NCBI GenBank assembly: GCA_965220035.1
Contig: CBDCPC010000002.1
Coordinates: forward strand, 1,466,151-1,530,150
Direction of reading: 5' to 3'
Source: Acidimicrobiales bacterium
Lineage (GTDB): Bacteria > Actinomycetota > Acidimicrobiia > Acidimicrobiales > CATQHL01
Length of the DNA: 64,000 nucleotides
Shown here: one piece after another, positions 27,497 to 37,744 of the stretch
How the letters are laid out: each line of letters starts with the position of its first letter
Position numbering within the stretch: position 1 is the stretch's first letter
Position numbers and translations under genes: made by a program
The notes under the pieces: generated by a model
What the model was told of the DNA's origin: nothing
Database searches by the model: none
What the model saw: the letters and a program-made list of their open reading frames with translations, nothing else

Positions 27497-27630
27497 ATAG
27501 CGTGAATAACGCTCGGCCGCGAGGTCCGATCAGATTGGTGTGTCCCGGGTTTCGCGCGGTCAGCTTGCTTGACTCCGGGCCGTGGTGGCGTGGCGGAGCT
27601 TGGACGGTATCGCCGTGATACCATGTCGTT

Positions 27631-27834
27631 GTGGCAATGACTTTGCGGCTGACCGATGAGGAGCGCCATGCCCTGCGGGAGCGCGCCGCCCTCGACGGCG
27701 TGTCGATGCAGGAGGCGGCCCGCCGTGCCGTGCGCGAATTCGTGGCGCGACGCGATCATCAGGACCGCGTCGGCGCTGCGGCCGAGCGGGTGATGCGCCG
27801 CCACGGTGAGGCGCTGCGGCGTCTGGGGGAGTGA
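27631..27834 (+). CDS. ribbon-helix-helix antitoxin (Phd/CopG-like)
   Basis: 67 aa; MTLRLTDEERHALRERAALDGVSMQEAARRAV. 4-nt overlap with doc. Confidence 0.8.
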   Translation: MAMTLRLTDEERHALRERAALDGVSMQEAARRAVREFVARRDHQDRVGAAAERVMRRHGEALRRLGE

Positions 27835-28238
27835 CCGGTTCGGTCGAGTTCCTCGACACCGACGACCTGATCGAACTCGCCCGCCGCCTGCTCGGAGATC
27901 CACCCCCGGTCCGCGATGTCGGGTTGCTCACCGCCGCGGCGGCGCGCCCGCAGGCGAGCGCGTTCGGCTCCGACGCCTATCCCGATATCTGGACGAAGGC
28001 GGCCGCGTTGTTGCAGTCCGTTGTCAACAACCACGCCCTCATCGACGGCAACAAGCGCCTGGGATGGCTCGCCACGGCGGTGTTCCTCGAACTCAACGGA
28101 GCCTCCGTGACAGCGGCTCACAACCACGACGTGTACAAGCTCGTGATGCGCGTGGCGGCAGAGGAGGTTCCTGTCGAGGAGATCGCCGACCTGCTGCGCG
28201 AGCTGTCTCCTCCCTTGCGCCCCCCCTCGGACAACTGA
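27831..28238 (+). CDS. doc: Fic/Doc-family toxin
   Basis: 135 aa; Fic motif HALIDGNKRLGW. Confidence 0.85.
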   Translation: MTGSVEFLDTDDLIELARRLLGDPPPVRDVGLLTAAAARPQASAFGSDAYPDIWTKAAALLQSVVNNHALIDGNKRLGWLATAVFLELNGASVTAAHNHDVYKLVMRVAAEEVPVEEIADLLRELSPPLRPPSDN

Positions 28239-28375
28239 CGACCCGCCGCGCCGACAACCTCCCCAGGCTTCGCGCCGGCTGGGCGGTTTGGGTCTCGGCC
28301 ACCTCGCCGGAGCCGACTTGTCCATATCCGGGCTTGTCGAGGCGCGAGTTCGGGCTCTCGGCCTGGTTCCGCTGT

Positions 28376-29554
28376 TCAACCCCATAGGGCGGCGATCGGG
28401 ACGGCCTCAATGCCGTTTCCGAGTTGGCGACGGTGACGACCGGTGTGGAATACAACGCCCCCGGCGAACTGCTCGGGTGGCAGTTGGTCACGAAACCACG
28501 CGATGTGTCGGGCGTCCTTGTGGGTCGGGGCGCTGCCCGTCTTCACCTCGAACGCGGCGACCCGGTAGGCGAACTCGGCTATCAGGTCGATCTCGTGCTC
28601 GCCTCGCTGGGTGCGCAGGTGGTGCAGTTGCACCGGGTGGCTTGATGCCTCGGCTTCTGCCCGGAGTTGCGCCGCAACGTAGGTGTCGATGAGACGGCCC
28701 CGCGCGTCGGGGTCGCGTCTCGCAGCGTCGAAGTCCACCCCAGCCAGCCATGCACCGAGGCCCGCGTCGGTGAGGTAGCGCTTCGGTGTGACCGTCAGGC
28801 GTTTCAGGCGGTTGGAGCGCCAAGCTGGTGTGTCGGCAATGAGTCGTAGAACGCTGAGTATCTCGTGGTAGCCGGCAGCGGTCTTGCGGTCCAAGCGGGT
28901 GGACTCGGCGAGAGTAGCGTCGGCCACCACGCCAGCGGAATGCAACGCGCACCCCTGTAGATAGCGGCGCATCCGCTCGGGGCTGCGCCGGCGTCCGCCG
29001 CCAGTGTCGAACTCGCCAAGATCACGGGTGGACGCGTCCCGAACGTAGCTGCGCATCCAGCGGGCTCGCTGATCGGCATCGGTGGCCGCTACTGCCCCCG
29101 GGAAGCCTCCGGCAAGCGCGAGCCGCAGGTAGCCCAAGATGTCGGGGATATCTGTCGGCACCGTGAAGCGCGCCGGGGTGTCCCATCTGTCGAACAGCGA
29201 TGGCGCCGCCGCGTCACCGAAACGCTCGCGTCCGGTGAGCGGCCACATCTGGATGTCCAAGAAGCGCCCCGTGCCGGGCCACGAGCCGGCAATGAGGTCG
29301 TTACGCGCAGAGCCGGTGATGATGTAGCGACCCGGGCTCCCGTCGGCGTCCACCGCCCGCTTGACCGCGCCCAGTACCTCCGGTGTGTGCTGCCACTCGT
29401 CAAGCAGCAGAGGAAAGGGACCGATCGAGATCGCCGCGTCCGGGTCGTCGATAACGATGCTGCGCTCATCGGGCCGGTCGAGGCGCAGCATCGACTCGGC
29501 TACCCGTTGCGAGGTCGTTGTCTTGCCCACCGCCCGGGGCCCCGTTACAAGCAC
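28376..29554 (-). CDS. AAA ATPase with DUF4143 domain
   Basis: Walker A VTGPRAVGKTT, LLLDEWQ, IITGSA, DUF4143-like C-terminus. Homology (INDYISRIADRTLAADLRGWPA) continues upstream of the listed GTG to an in-frame TAG at about 29620 without ATG/GTG/TTG. Confidence 0.75.
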   Translation of the reverse strand: MLVTGPRAVGKTTTSQRVAESMLRLDRPDERSIVIDDPDAAISIGPFPLLLDEWQHTPEVLGAVKRAVDADGSPGRYIITGSARNDLIAGSWPGTGRFLDIQMWPLTGRERFGDAAAPSLFDRWDTPARFTVPTDIPDILGYLRLALAGGFPGAVAATDADQRARWMRSYVRDASTRDLGEFDTGGGRRRSPERMRRYLQGCALHSAGVVADATLAESTRLDRKTAAGYHEILSVLRLIADTPAWRSNRLKRLTVTPKRYLTDAGLGAWLAGVDFDAARRDPDARGRLIDTYVAAQLRAEAEASSHPVQLHHLRTQRGEHEIDLIAEFAYRVAAFEVKTGSAPTHKDARHIAWFRDQLPPEQFAGGVVFHTGRHRRQLGNGIEAVPIAALWG

Positions 29555-29932
29555 GGCGGGCCAGCCGCGCAGGTCCGCGGCGAGGGTGCGGTCCGCGATG
29601 CGTGAGATGTAGTCGTTGATGCACCCAGTCTAGTGCTGCCAGATACTTCTTCCACACTAGTGCGGGATACTTGCTCCCCAATGCCGTGAACACTTCCTAC
29701 GCACTCCAACACGGCGTTGTTGCGCAGGCCTAGCGACCCCGCTCGGCTCTGAGGGAGCGGAGGAAGTCGAGGAGTGACAGCACCACCGGCACGCGGCCCA
29801 GACGGGCAGACCGTTTGGCACGCTCCTCGGGATTCTCGCCAGTAGCGCTGCCGCCGAGGGGTCCGCGTACCTGGCATGCACATTAGTGGGCGGGGCTCCT
29901 TGCCCATTCATCTGCCCGTTGAGACAGAGCGG

Positions 29933-30072
29933 CAAAATGTGGAGACCCCCTCTTCGAAATGTGGCGCGCTCCAACCCGAGGCGCACCATTGGCCCGTATC
30001 GGACCATCGGCTCGGACCGAACCTCCCCCGGGGTTCCCCCAAGCTGACCGCGCGAAACCCGGGGCGCACCTG
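29933..30072. repeat. composite repeat: R1 (CAAAATGTGGAGACCCCC..AAATGTGGCGCG) + R2 core (AAGCTGACCGCGCGAAACCCGGG)
   Basis: R1 at 29933..29972 recurs at 10818..10858. R2 core at 30041..30063 recurs perfectly, inverted, at 27544..27566 and in degenerate or split form at 25125..25176. 29981..30072 parallels 25046..25182. Confidence 0.7.
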
Positions 30073-30170
30073 AGCCGGCGCGGAGACCCGGGGAGGCTCA
30101 GAATAGGCTGGGAGGTCGGACGCGGAGGAAGTCGGAGGCTGATGTATTGCTGCGCTTCCGCTGAGTCGAG

Positions 30171-31103
30171 TTGACTGCGGACCGGCACACGGCCCGATCG
30201 CGGTCGCGGCGGGTGGGCGCGGCTGCCATGCTCGCCTCCGGGCTCGGCTTCGGCATGTCGGGAGTGTTCACCCGCAGCATCGAGGGCGGTGCCTGGGAGA
30301 TCGCAAGCTGGCGCGGCCTGACCGCGACCCCGGCCATTGTGGCCTATGTCTGGTGGCGCCGGCGGCGCGACGCTGATCCGGTCCGGGTCCGCCTCAACCC
30401 GGTTTCAGCCGCCAAGGCGCTGGTGCTGCTCGCTCTCAACGCTGCGGCCATGGTGCTGCTGGTCACTGCGCTTCAGAAGACGGCTGTGGCCAACGTGTCG
30501 GTGATCATGGCGACCATTCCGTTCATGGCAGCGGGGCTCGGGTGGCTGATTCTGCGTGAGGGTCTGCGGCGATCGACGGTCATCGCTGCGGTGGTGTCGT
30601 TCGGAGGTGTGATCCTGACCGTGACCGGGAGCCTTGGAGCCGGCAATCTGGAGGGCGATCTGTTGGCCGTGGCCCTGTCGCTCACGTTGGCCTCGCTGAT
30701 CGTGCTGATACGCCGCTTCCGAGGCACCGATGCTCTGTTGGCGCAAGCAGGATCAGGAGTTGTGCTGTTCCCGGTGGCGCTGGTGGTGGCCGACCCGTTC
30801 GGGATGGACGCCTCCGAGATGCCTCTGACCGTGGCGTTCGGGCTGGTGTTCGCCGTGTCGCTGGTGCTGTGGACTGAGGGGGTCCGGCGCATTCGGGCCG
30901 CAGAGGCCGCGCTCTTGGCCACGACTGAGACACCCTGCTCGATTCTGGCGGCGTGGATTGTCGTGAGCGAGGCGCCACCACTCGCCACGGTGGTCGGCGG
31001 GCTGTTGATCGTGGGTGCCGTCGTCACCCACGCCCGGGCCGATCTGGTCCACAATCAGGTCAGCCGTCCATGGCAGCGTCAACGGACCCGGCCGAAGATC
31101 TAG
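30171..31103 (+). CDS. DMT/EamA-family transporter
   Basis: About 10 hydrophobic helices with two EamA-like halves. The listed start is TTG; in-frame GTG 30213 or ATG 30228 are more likely. Confidence 0.8.
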   Translation: MTADRHTARSRSRRVGAAAMLASGLGFGMSGVFTRSIEGGAWEIASWRGLTATPAIVAYVWWRRRRDADPVRVRLNPVSAAKALVLLALNAAAMVLLVTALQKTAVANVSVIMATIPFMAAGLGWLILREGLRRSTVIAAVVSFGGVILTVTGSLGAGNLEGDLLAVALSLTLASLIVLIRRFRGTDALLAQAGSGVVLFPVALVVADPFGMDASEMPLTVAFGLVFAVSLVLWTEGVRRIRAAEAALLATTETPCSILAAWIVVSEAPPLATVVGGLLIVGAVVTHARADLVHNQVSRPWQRQRTRPKI

Positions 31104-31503
31104 CTTCCGGTGACGCGGGCTGATCTGCGCCTTGCTCGTTGGACTCGGCTTGTGGGAGTCCGGCGGCGACTCTTCAGCAGAACACTCTCGCGGAGAGCAA
31201 GTCGCGCGGGTGACCCTGCCCTCTCGATCGTTCCCCGCTGGCAAGACAGCAACGACCACCGCCCGTACCGACGCCAGATCGACCCCGGAGAACTCCCGGA
31301 CACACCTACCGGGTGGCGTGGGAAGAAGCATGGGAAACCGAGCGTCAGTATGCCGCCGAGTGCCCTCTGACCGGGGACTTTGTGTTCCCTTCGATTTCCC
31401 CCAGCTCCACGACTCGGCGGTGAGTGCTGTTCCTGCAACCCTTACCACGCGGTCTGGGCGGGCGTTGGGTTGTGCGGGCCGCCGGCGGGCCCAACTGTGG
31501 TTC

Positions 31504-32688
31504 CTACCGGTAGGGCGGCACGTACATCAGGCCGCCGTTGGTCCACAGGTCGTTGACCGAGCCGTCCAGCGGGAGGCCCAGCGGCTCGAGGTGGCGCCTG
31601 TAGATCTCCTCGTAGTTGCCGACCTGGCTGACCACCTGCACGGCGAAGTCGCTGGGCAGGCCGAGTCCAGGATCGAAGTCGTCCTCGCCGAGGAAGCGGC
31701 CGAGCGCCGGGTTGGTGCCGGTGGCGCCGGCGATGTTGCCGGAGTCGAGGCCGAACTCCCATGCCTGGATGGTGGCCATGGCGGCCCACTGCACGACCTG
31801 CGCCCACTCGGTGTCACCGTCCAGAACCGCTGGACCGAGCGGCTCCTTGGAGATGGTCTCGGGCAGGATGAACTGCTCGTCGCCTCCGCCTTCCTCGATC
31901 TCGAACTTGAACACCGCCAGCCCCGACTTGTCACTCGTGAGCGCCTCGCACTGCCCGGCGGTGTAGCCGGTGCGGGCCTCGGAGGACTCGCCGAAGGTGA
32001 CCGGGTTGAAGGGGATACCCCGCGACCGCATCACGTCGGTGAGGTTCAACTCGGTGGTCGTGCCCTGCGCCACGCAGATGTTGGCGTCCGCCAGGTCCTC
32101 CAGGCTGCTGATCCCGCTTGAGGCGGGAACCATCACGCCCTGGCCGTCGTAGAGCGTGGTGTAGACGAAGTTGGCGGCCTCCTTGCCGTCGCGGCTGGCG
32201 GTGAAGGTGGTGTTGCGCACCAGCACGTCGATCTCGCCGGACTGCAGTGCGGTGAAGCGGTCAGCGGTGGCCAGGTCCACGAAGTCCACCGCATCGGCGT
32301 CGCCCAGCACGGCCGCGGCAATGACCCGGCAGAAGTCCGAGTCGAAGCCCTCGTGCTCGCCGTCGGGGGTCAGGAAGCTGAACCCGGGCAGGGCGTCACG
32401 CACGCCACAGCGCACGCCGCCCCGCGCCTGCACGTCGGCCAGCCGGCCACCGGCCTGGGACAACTCCACGGTGTCCTCGTCCGGCTCGAGCGCCGCCTCC
32501 GCAGCGGGCGGCTCCGGTGCAGCCTCAGCCGGGGACACCGGCGCCACAATGTCGTCGGGGGGCGCCGGTGCCTCGGTGGCCGGCGAAGGCGTCGGGGCGG
32601 TCGTATCGCCATCATCTCCCCCGCAAGCCGCGGCCAGCAACACCACTGACACGGCCGCCCCCACGAGACCTGCCCTTCGACTGATCAC
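31504..32688 (-). CDS. amino-acid ABC transporter substrate-binding lipoprotein (AapJ/BztA-like)
   Basis: Signal + lipobox LLAAACGG, Pro/Ala-rich linker, then GFDSDFCRVIAAAVLGDADAV...LQSGEIDVLVRNTT...GTTTELNL. No cognate permease or ATPase adjacent. Confidence 0.8.
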   Translation of the reverse strand: MISRRAGLVGAAVSVVLLAAACGGDDGDTTAPTPSPATEAPAPPDDIVAPVSPAEAAPEPPAAEAALEPDEDTVELSQAGGRLADVQARGGVRCGVRDALPGFSFLTPDGEHEGFDSDFCRVIAAAVLGDADAVDFVDLATADRFTALQSGEIDVLVRNTTFTASRDGKEAANFVYTTLYDGQGVMVPASSGISSLEDLADANICVAQGTTTELNLTDVMRSRGIPFNPVTFGESSEARTGYTAGQCEALTSDKSGLAVFKFEIEEGGGDEQFILPETISKEPLGPAVLDGDTEWAQVVQWAAMATIQAWEFGLDSGNIAGATGTNPALGRFLGEDDFDPGLGLPSDFAVQVVSQVGNYEEIYRRHLEPLGLPLDGSVNDLWTNGGLMYVPPYR

Positions 32689-32728
32689 GTTGCCCTCCCA
32701 CTCGACACGCGCGTGAACCGTCTCGGGT

Positions 32729-33758
32729 CTAGATGGTTAGTTCCAAGGGGTCAGTGGTCGTAGGCGAGCAGGCTGCGGGCGGGGCCTGGTTGGTGGGTGG
32801 TTTGGTTGTGCCAGATGGCGGCGGTGAGGGCGAGGAGCCGTTGCAGGACGCGCGCGGCGACGCCGGCGGGAGTGCGCCCGCCGTGGCGTTCGAGGCCGAG
32901 TTGGGCTTTGAGGGTCTGGATGATCGATTCGATGATCTGGCGGAACGGCCGCAGGAACCGCCGCCCGGGCCGGGTGCGTTCGGATGCGGTGGCGGGGCGG
33001 ATCAAGGTGATGCCGCGTTGGGCGAGTTGTTCTTCGAAGGCGGCGCTGCGGTAGCCCTTGTCGGCGATGAGGGTCTGGCCCGGTCGGGCCAGGTCGCCGT
33101 GGGTGATCATGTCCCAACAGACGTCGCGTTCGTCGGCTGTGGCGCCGGTCAGGGCGGCGGCGATGGGCAGCCCCGCGGGGGTGGCGAGCAGGTGCAGGCG
33201 CAGGCCCCAGAACCAGCGGGAGTGGCTGGCGCTGTAACCGTAGGTGGCCCATCCCGCCAGGTCAGAGCGCTGCTGGGTCTCGCGGCTGCGCCCGCAGGGC
33301 ACCGGCGTGGAGTCCACGAGCCACACGTCGTCGTACCACGACGGGCAGTCGCGTGCCAGCGCGGCCATCACGCGGGCCATCAGTTCGCCGCTGCGGCGCA
33401 GGCGCTTGTTGTAACCCGACCGCTCGGGCAGATAGGGGAACCACGGCCTCAGGTGTTCTCTGGCGTAACGCACGAAACGCGCTTCGGAGTCGAACCCCAA
33501 CAACGCTTGCAACGCCGCCAGAGAAACCAACTCCGCATCCGACAGCTCCGGCGCGAGACCCACCGCGGGCCGCGGCGGCGCCCACTGCGGATGCGCCACC
33601 AACAAATCATCAACCGTCACGTACAGTGCAGTCGCGAGGGTGTCCAAGTCTGGGTTCATGCCAAGGTCCTCCAGGATCGGGGGCTGTTTCACCCCCAGAT
33701 CTTGGACACCCCCAACCACCCAACCGCGGACCCCCACCCCTTGGAACTACTCATCTAG
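32729..33758 (-). mobile_element. IS982-family insertion sequence, copy 2 (1030 bp)
   Basis: Same CTAG-capped IRs as copy 1. Sits 41 nt upstream of the SBP gene start. Its right CTAG supplies the stop codon of 33755..34978. Confidence 0.9.
32751..33659 (-). CDS. IS982-family transposase (copy 2)
   Basis: Start at MNPDLDTL. First about 170 aa are identical to copy 1; the C-terminal part is divergent. Confidence 0.9.
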   Translation of the reverse strand: MNPDLDTLATALYVTVDDLLVAHPQWAPPRPAVGLAPELSDAELVSLAALQALLGFDSEARFVRYAREHLRPWFPYLPERSGYNKRLRRSGELMARVMAALARDCPSWYDDVWLVDSTPVPCGRSRETQQRSDLAGWATYGYSASHSRWFWGLRLHLLATPAGLPIAAALTGATADERDVCWDMITHGDLARPGQTLIADKGYRSAAFEEQLAQRGITLIRPATASERTRPGRRFLRPFRQIIESIIQTLKAQLGLERHGGRTPAGVAARVLQRLLALTAAIWHNQTTHQPGPARSLLAYDH

Positions 33759-34978
33759 GTGGCGTTGTCGTAGACCGCCTTCTCGAAGTCGAGGAACCCG
33801 ACCACCGAAGTGGGGTCGGCGAAGGGGAAGATCTGGGTCGCCCAGAAGCCGCCCACTCCGTTGGCCCGGTCGATCCAGAAGTAGAGATTGGCGAGACCCG
33901 CCCATGCCAGCGCTCCCGCCGGCCGGCCGGTGGGAGCGTCCTCTTCGTTGATCATGAAGGTCAGCGCCCAAGTCTTCGGCATGCCCGGGAAGAACTCGGC
34001 GTCGTTGGACAGACGCGGGTTCGATATGGGAAGGACCGTCTTGGCCACCTCGGTGGCGCCGACGCCGGGCAGCTTCTTGACGAACATGCCTTTGGGCAGC
34101 TGGTTTCGCGCCGCCATGTCAACGGTCTCGGGCCTGAGGATCTGCTCGCCCCCGGCGCCGGCTCCGTCGTTGAGCCACATGCGGATGAACTTGGCGTAGT
34201 CCTCCGCCGTGCCGTAGAGGCCGTGGCCGGCCATGTGAATCTCGGGGTCGGGCGGCAGTTCCACGCCGGGCAGCGGAATCAGCGACCCGTCGGCGTCCTC
34301 GCGTGCGTGGATCGTGGCCAGGCGCTCACGCATCGTCGGAGTCATCGAGAAGGCGGTCGAATCCATTCCCAGCGGGCCCAGCACCCTCTCCTCGAGCACC
34401 TCGCCCAGCCGCTTGCCGGTGATGCCCTCCACCACCAGGCCGGCCCAGTCGATGTTGGAGCCGTACTCCCACCGCTCGCCGGGGTCGAAGAGCAGCGGCG
34501 TCTCGATGGAGGCGAAAGAGGCGTCCACCACCCACGGCTGTCCCTGCTCGTTGGCCAGCCTCGTATACGTCTCGTTGAAGAAGTCGTACGTGAGCCCGGC
34601 TGTATGGGTGAGTAGGTGGCGCGTCGTGATGTCGCTGCGGGGCGGGCGCAATCTGGGCGTTCCGTCGCCGTCGAAGCCCTCGAGCACACCGAGCCCGCCG
34701 ATCCTCGGTACGTACTCCTTCGCCGGGGCGTCCAGGTCCAGGTCGCCCTGCTCAACCAGCTGCAGGCACGCTGTGCCAGCGATGGCCTTGGTCGTCGAGA
34801 AGATCGCACACACCGTGTCGGTCGTGAAGGGATCTCCCCCAAGAACGCGCTCGCCCCGGGCGCCGGCATAGATGACGCCGTCCCGATCGGTGGCGACCGC
34901 AGCGACGCCGGGAACGCGCGGCGATCCCGAAACAACACCGTCCAATACCGCATCCGCGGCTGAAATGAGATCACCCAT
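33755..34978 (-). CDS. serine hydrolase, beta-lactamase/esterase (class C-like) family
   Basis: ATG 34978 preceded by GAGAGGAGAG. S-x-x-[20 protein letters not shown]. Confidence 0.8.
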   Translation of the reverse strand: MGDLISAADAVLDGVVSGSPRVPGVAAVATDRDGVIYAGARGERVLGGDPFTTDTVCAIFSTTKAIAGTACLQLVEQGDLDLDAPAKEYVPRIGGLGVLEGFDGDGTPRLRPPRSDITTRHLLTHTAGLTYDFFNETYTRLANEQGQPWVVDASFASIETPLLFDPGERWEYGSNIDWAGLVVEGITGKRLGEVLEERVLGPLGMDSTAFSMTPTMRERLATIHAREDADGSLIPLPGVELPPDPEIHMAGHGLYGTAEDYAKFIRMWLNDGAGAGGEQILRPETVDMAARNQLPKGMFVKKLPGVGATEVAKTVLPISNPRLSNDAEFFPGMPKTWALTFMINEEDAPTGRPAGALAWAGLANLYFWIDRANGVGGFWATQIFPFADPTSVVGFLDFEKAVYDNAT

Positions 34979-35237
34979 CGCGTCTCTCCTCTCTGCGATA
35001 GCCAGGTCAACTCCGTTACCACGTGCTCCTGCCCGTCCGATCGGCCAGCACCCGTGCGCACGCACCGTGTAGCAGCGGCGACAGCCGCACCATACCTTCC
35101 AACCATGCTCCACGTGAACTCGTTGGTTCCCGGCTTCGTCCTGTTATTGACGTATTCACGTCGAGAGATGACGTATTCACGTCGCATTGGTAGGGTGGAC
35201 TCGGTGGCGGTGACGCGGATGCTGGGAGGGTCAGGCT

Positions 35238-35852
35238 GTGGTTGATCGTCGCAACACCGATCGTCTGGTCGTGCTGCAGGATCTCGCGGGCGCCTGCGAC
35301 GAGATCGACCGTCTCGAGCGTCGCCGGGCGACGCTGGTTGTTGCCGCGACCCGGGCGGGGGCGACGGTCAGCGAGGTGGCCCGGCTGACGGGCTGGAGCC
35401 GGGATCGCGTGCGCCGCCAGTTGACCCGCCACGGAACCCCACCAGGGGTAGAGGTCACCGATGTGACGATCACGGCGAACGTGCTTGCCAACTACGTGGG
35501 TGCGCTGCGCGAAGAGAACGACGAGGCGTGGCGGGCCCGCATCGTGCTGCACGACTTCGGGTTGGTGTGGCAGCACGCCAGCGCCGCCGAGCGGGAGGTG
35601 CTGGTGGCCACCGAGCCGGAGCCGTTCGACCCGCGCTGGGACGCCTTCCTTGCCGCCTACGTCGAGTATCTCTGCTACCACGCCGAGTTGCCCGCGCCGC
35701 GGTGGGTGTTCGGCCCCGGGCGGCACCTCGCGCAGTTCTGGTTCCCGGGGCCTCGCTTCCCCCGCGAGAAGGCCGCCACGATCCTCACCACGCCGGCAGC
35801 TTTCGAGGCGCACGGCATCTGGTTCCCGGCCCGCGAACTCGAGGTCGTCTAG
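35238..35852 (+). CDS. HTH-containing hypothetical protein, putative antitoxin partner of 36902..37450
   Basis: 204 aa; ATVSEVARLTGWSRDRVRRQL. Stop TAG lies in the CTAG at the IS982 copy 3 left end. Confidence 0.6.
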   Translation: MVDRRNTDRLVVLQDLAGACDEIDRLERRRATLVVAATRAGATVSEVARLTGWSRDRVRRQLTRHGTPPGVEVTDVTITANVLANYVGALREENDEAWRARIVLHDFGLVWQHASAAEREVLVATEPEPFDPRWDAFLAAYVEYLCYHAELPAPRWVFGPGRHLAQFWFPGPRFPREKAATILTTPAAFEAHGIWFPARELEVV

Positions 35853-36878
35853 ATGGTTAGTTCCAAGGGGTCAGTGGTCGTAGGCGAGCAGGCTGCGGGC
35901 GGGGCTTGCTCTTGGGGTGGTTTGGTTGTGCCAGATGGCGGCGGTGAGGGCGAGGAGTCGTTGCAGGATGCGCGCGGCGACGCCGGCGGGGGTGCGCCCG
36001 CCGTGGCGTTCGAGGCCGAGTTGGCCTTTGAGGGTCTGGAAGACCGATTCGATGATCTGGCGCAGCGGCCGCAGGAACCGCTGGTGGGGCCGGGCGAGTT
36101 CTGTTTTCGTCGTCGGGCGGATGAGTGCGATGCCCGCGTCGGCGAGTTGCTGCTCGAAGGCGGCGCTGCGGTAGCCCTTGTCGGCGATGAGGGTCTGGCC
36201 CGGGCGGGCCAGGTCGCCGTGGGCGATCATGTCCAAACAGATGTCGCGTTCGTCGGCTTTCGCGTCGGCGAGCGCGAAGGCGATCGGCAGACCCGACGGG
36301 GTGGCGAGCAGGTGCAGGCGCAGCCCCCAGAAGTAGCGGGAGTGGCTGGCGCTGTACCCGTAGGAGGCCCATCCGGCCAGGTCAGAGCGCCGTTGGGTCT
36401 CGCGGCTGCGCCCGCACTCGACCGGCGTGGAGTCGACGAGCCACACGTCGTCGTGGTACGACGGGCAGTCCCGCGCCAACGCCCCGAGCACGTGTTGCAT
36501 CAGTTGACCGCTGCGACGCAGGCGCTTGTGGTAACCCGACCGCTGGGGCAGATACGGGAACCACGACCGCAGGTGCTCTTCGGCGTAACGCACGAAGCGG
36601 GCCTCGGAGTCGAATCTCGACAAGACCTGCACCACCGCCAACGTGGCCAGTTCCGCGTCAGACAGCTTCGGGGCGAACCCCACCGCCGGCCGCGGCGGCG
36701 CCCACCCCGGATGCGCCACCAACAAATCATCAACCGTCACATAAAGTGCAGTCACGAGGGTGTCCAAATCCGGGTTCATGCCAAGGTCCTCCAGGATCGG
36801 GGGCAGTTCTCACCCCCAGATCTTGGACACCCTCAACCACCCAACGGTGGACCCCACCCCTTGGAACTACTCATCTAG
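35849..36878 (-). mobile_element. IS982-family insertion sequence, copy 3 (1030 bp, most divergent)
   Basis: Same IRs with CTAG at both ends. Inserted exactly between 35238..35852 and 36902..37450. Confidence 0.9.
35871..36779 (-). CDS. IS982-family transposase (copy 3)
   Basis: 302 aa starting MNPDLDTLVTALYVTVDDLLV. Confidence 0.9.
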   Translation of the reverse strand: MNPDLDTLVTALYVTVDDLLVAHPGWAPPRPAVGFAPKLSDAELATLAVVQVLSRFDSEARFVRYAEEHLRSWFPYLPQRSGYHKRLRRSGQLMQHVLGALARDCPSYHDDVWLVDSTPVECGRSRETQRRSDLAGWASYGYSASHSRYFWGLRLHLLATPSGLPIAFALADAKADERDICLDMIAHGDLARPGQTLIADKGYRSAAFEQQLADAGIALIRPTTKTELARPHQRFLRPLRQIIESVFQTLKGQLGLERHGGRTPAGVAARILQRLLALTAAIWHNQTTPRASPARSLLAYDH

Positions 36879-36901
36879 TGCGGCCGCTGAGCGCCACCGA
36901 C

Positions 36902-37450
36902 ATGCGCCGGGCGCTGGGAGACGTTGCGCTGCGCCTCGAGCGTGCGGGTGTGCAGGGGCGGCTGTACGTCGCCGGCGGCGCGGCGATGGCGCTCGCGTAT
37001 GACGCCGAGCGACTCACCCGCGACATCGATGCGGCGATCATCCACGGCCACAACGCGGTGATCGACGCCGTGCGCGCCGTCGCCGGCGACCGTGGCTGGC
37101 CCAGCACCTGGCTCAACGAGCAGGCCACCACCTACATGCCCCAGATCCCCGACCGGCACAGCCAAGTCGTCTTCGACCATCCGGCGCTACAGGTCGCGGT
37201 CGCCTCGCCCACGCACATGCTGGCCATGAAAGCCCGCGCCGCCCGGGCACAGGACGTCGCCGACGTGACCAGCCTGCTCGGCCGCTGCGGACTCACCACC
37301 GCCGACGAGGTCGATGACCTCGTGCAAGCCGTCTTCGCGGGCGAACGGCTCGGCCCGCGGCAACGACACTGGATCGAAGACGTCATCGCCCACACCACCC
37401 ACGGCCCCACACCCGACACCGAAACACCCGGAACCGACCAGGGGTTGTAG
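36902..37450 (+). CDS. nucleotidyltransferase-fold protein (DUF6036/AbiEii-like), putative toxin
   Basis: ATG 36902 (or GTG 36878) in the frame of ORF 36746..37450. RLYVAGGAAMALAYDAERLTRDIDAAI and HMLAMKARAARAQDVADVTSLL. Confidence 0.65.
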   Translation: MRRALGDVALRLERAGVQGRLYVAGGAAMALAYDAERLTRDIDAAIIHGHNAVIDAVRAVAGDRGWPSTWLNEQATTYMPQIPDRHSQVVFDHPALQVAVASPTHMLAMKARAARAQDVADVTSLLGRCGLTTADEVDDLVQAVFAGERLGPRQRHWIEDVIAHTTHGPTPDTETPGTDQGL

Positions 37451-37744
37451 CTGTCCTGAGTAGCCCTCTTGCTCAGTTTTCGGCGGGTTCGGTTTGAGTG
37501 TTCGGTCTCCTAGGTAGGTGTCGAGGGATCGTTTCTGGTCGATGCCGCGTGTCAGGATTTCTGAGACAGGTCATGGTTTGGTGTTGACCTGAAGGAGATC
37601 ATCGATGCGAGTTGACGCCAACGCCTCCTCGCCGCGAGGAATCGCTCCTAGGGCCGTTGTAGAGGGAGCGTTTTCGCCGATCCGCCCGGAAATGGCGGTT
37701 TCGGGGCCAATCCGGGGCTGTGAGCGTGGCGGTCTGGCAGTGCC

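Noticed and set aside
29555-30170. Search for a tRNA gene or att site marking the island's right border (also checked 37450..37745)
   Set aside because: No T-arm (GGTTCGAATCC-like) or cloverleaf-compatible sequence was found by eye. There are only IS-like repeats and a possible C-terminal relic (…ENPEERAKRSARLGRVPVVLSLLDFLRSLRAERGR) of unknown family.
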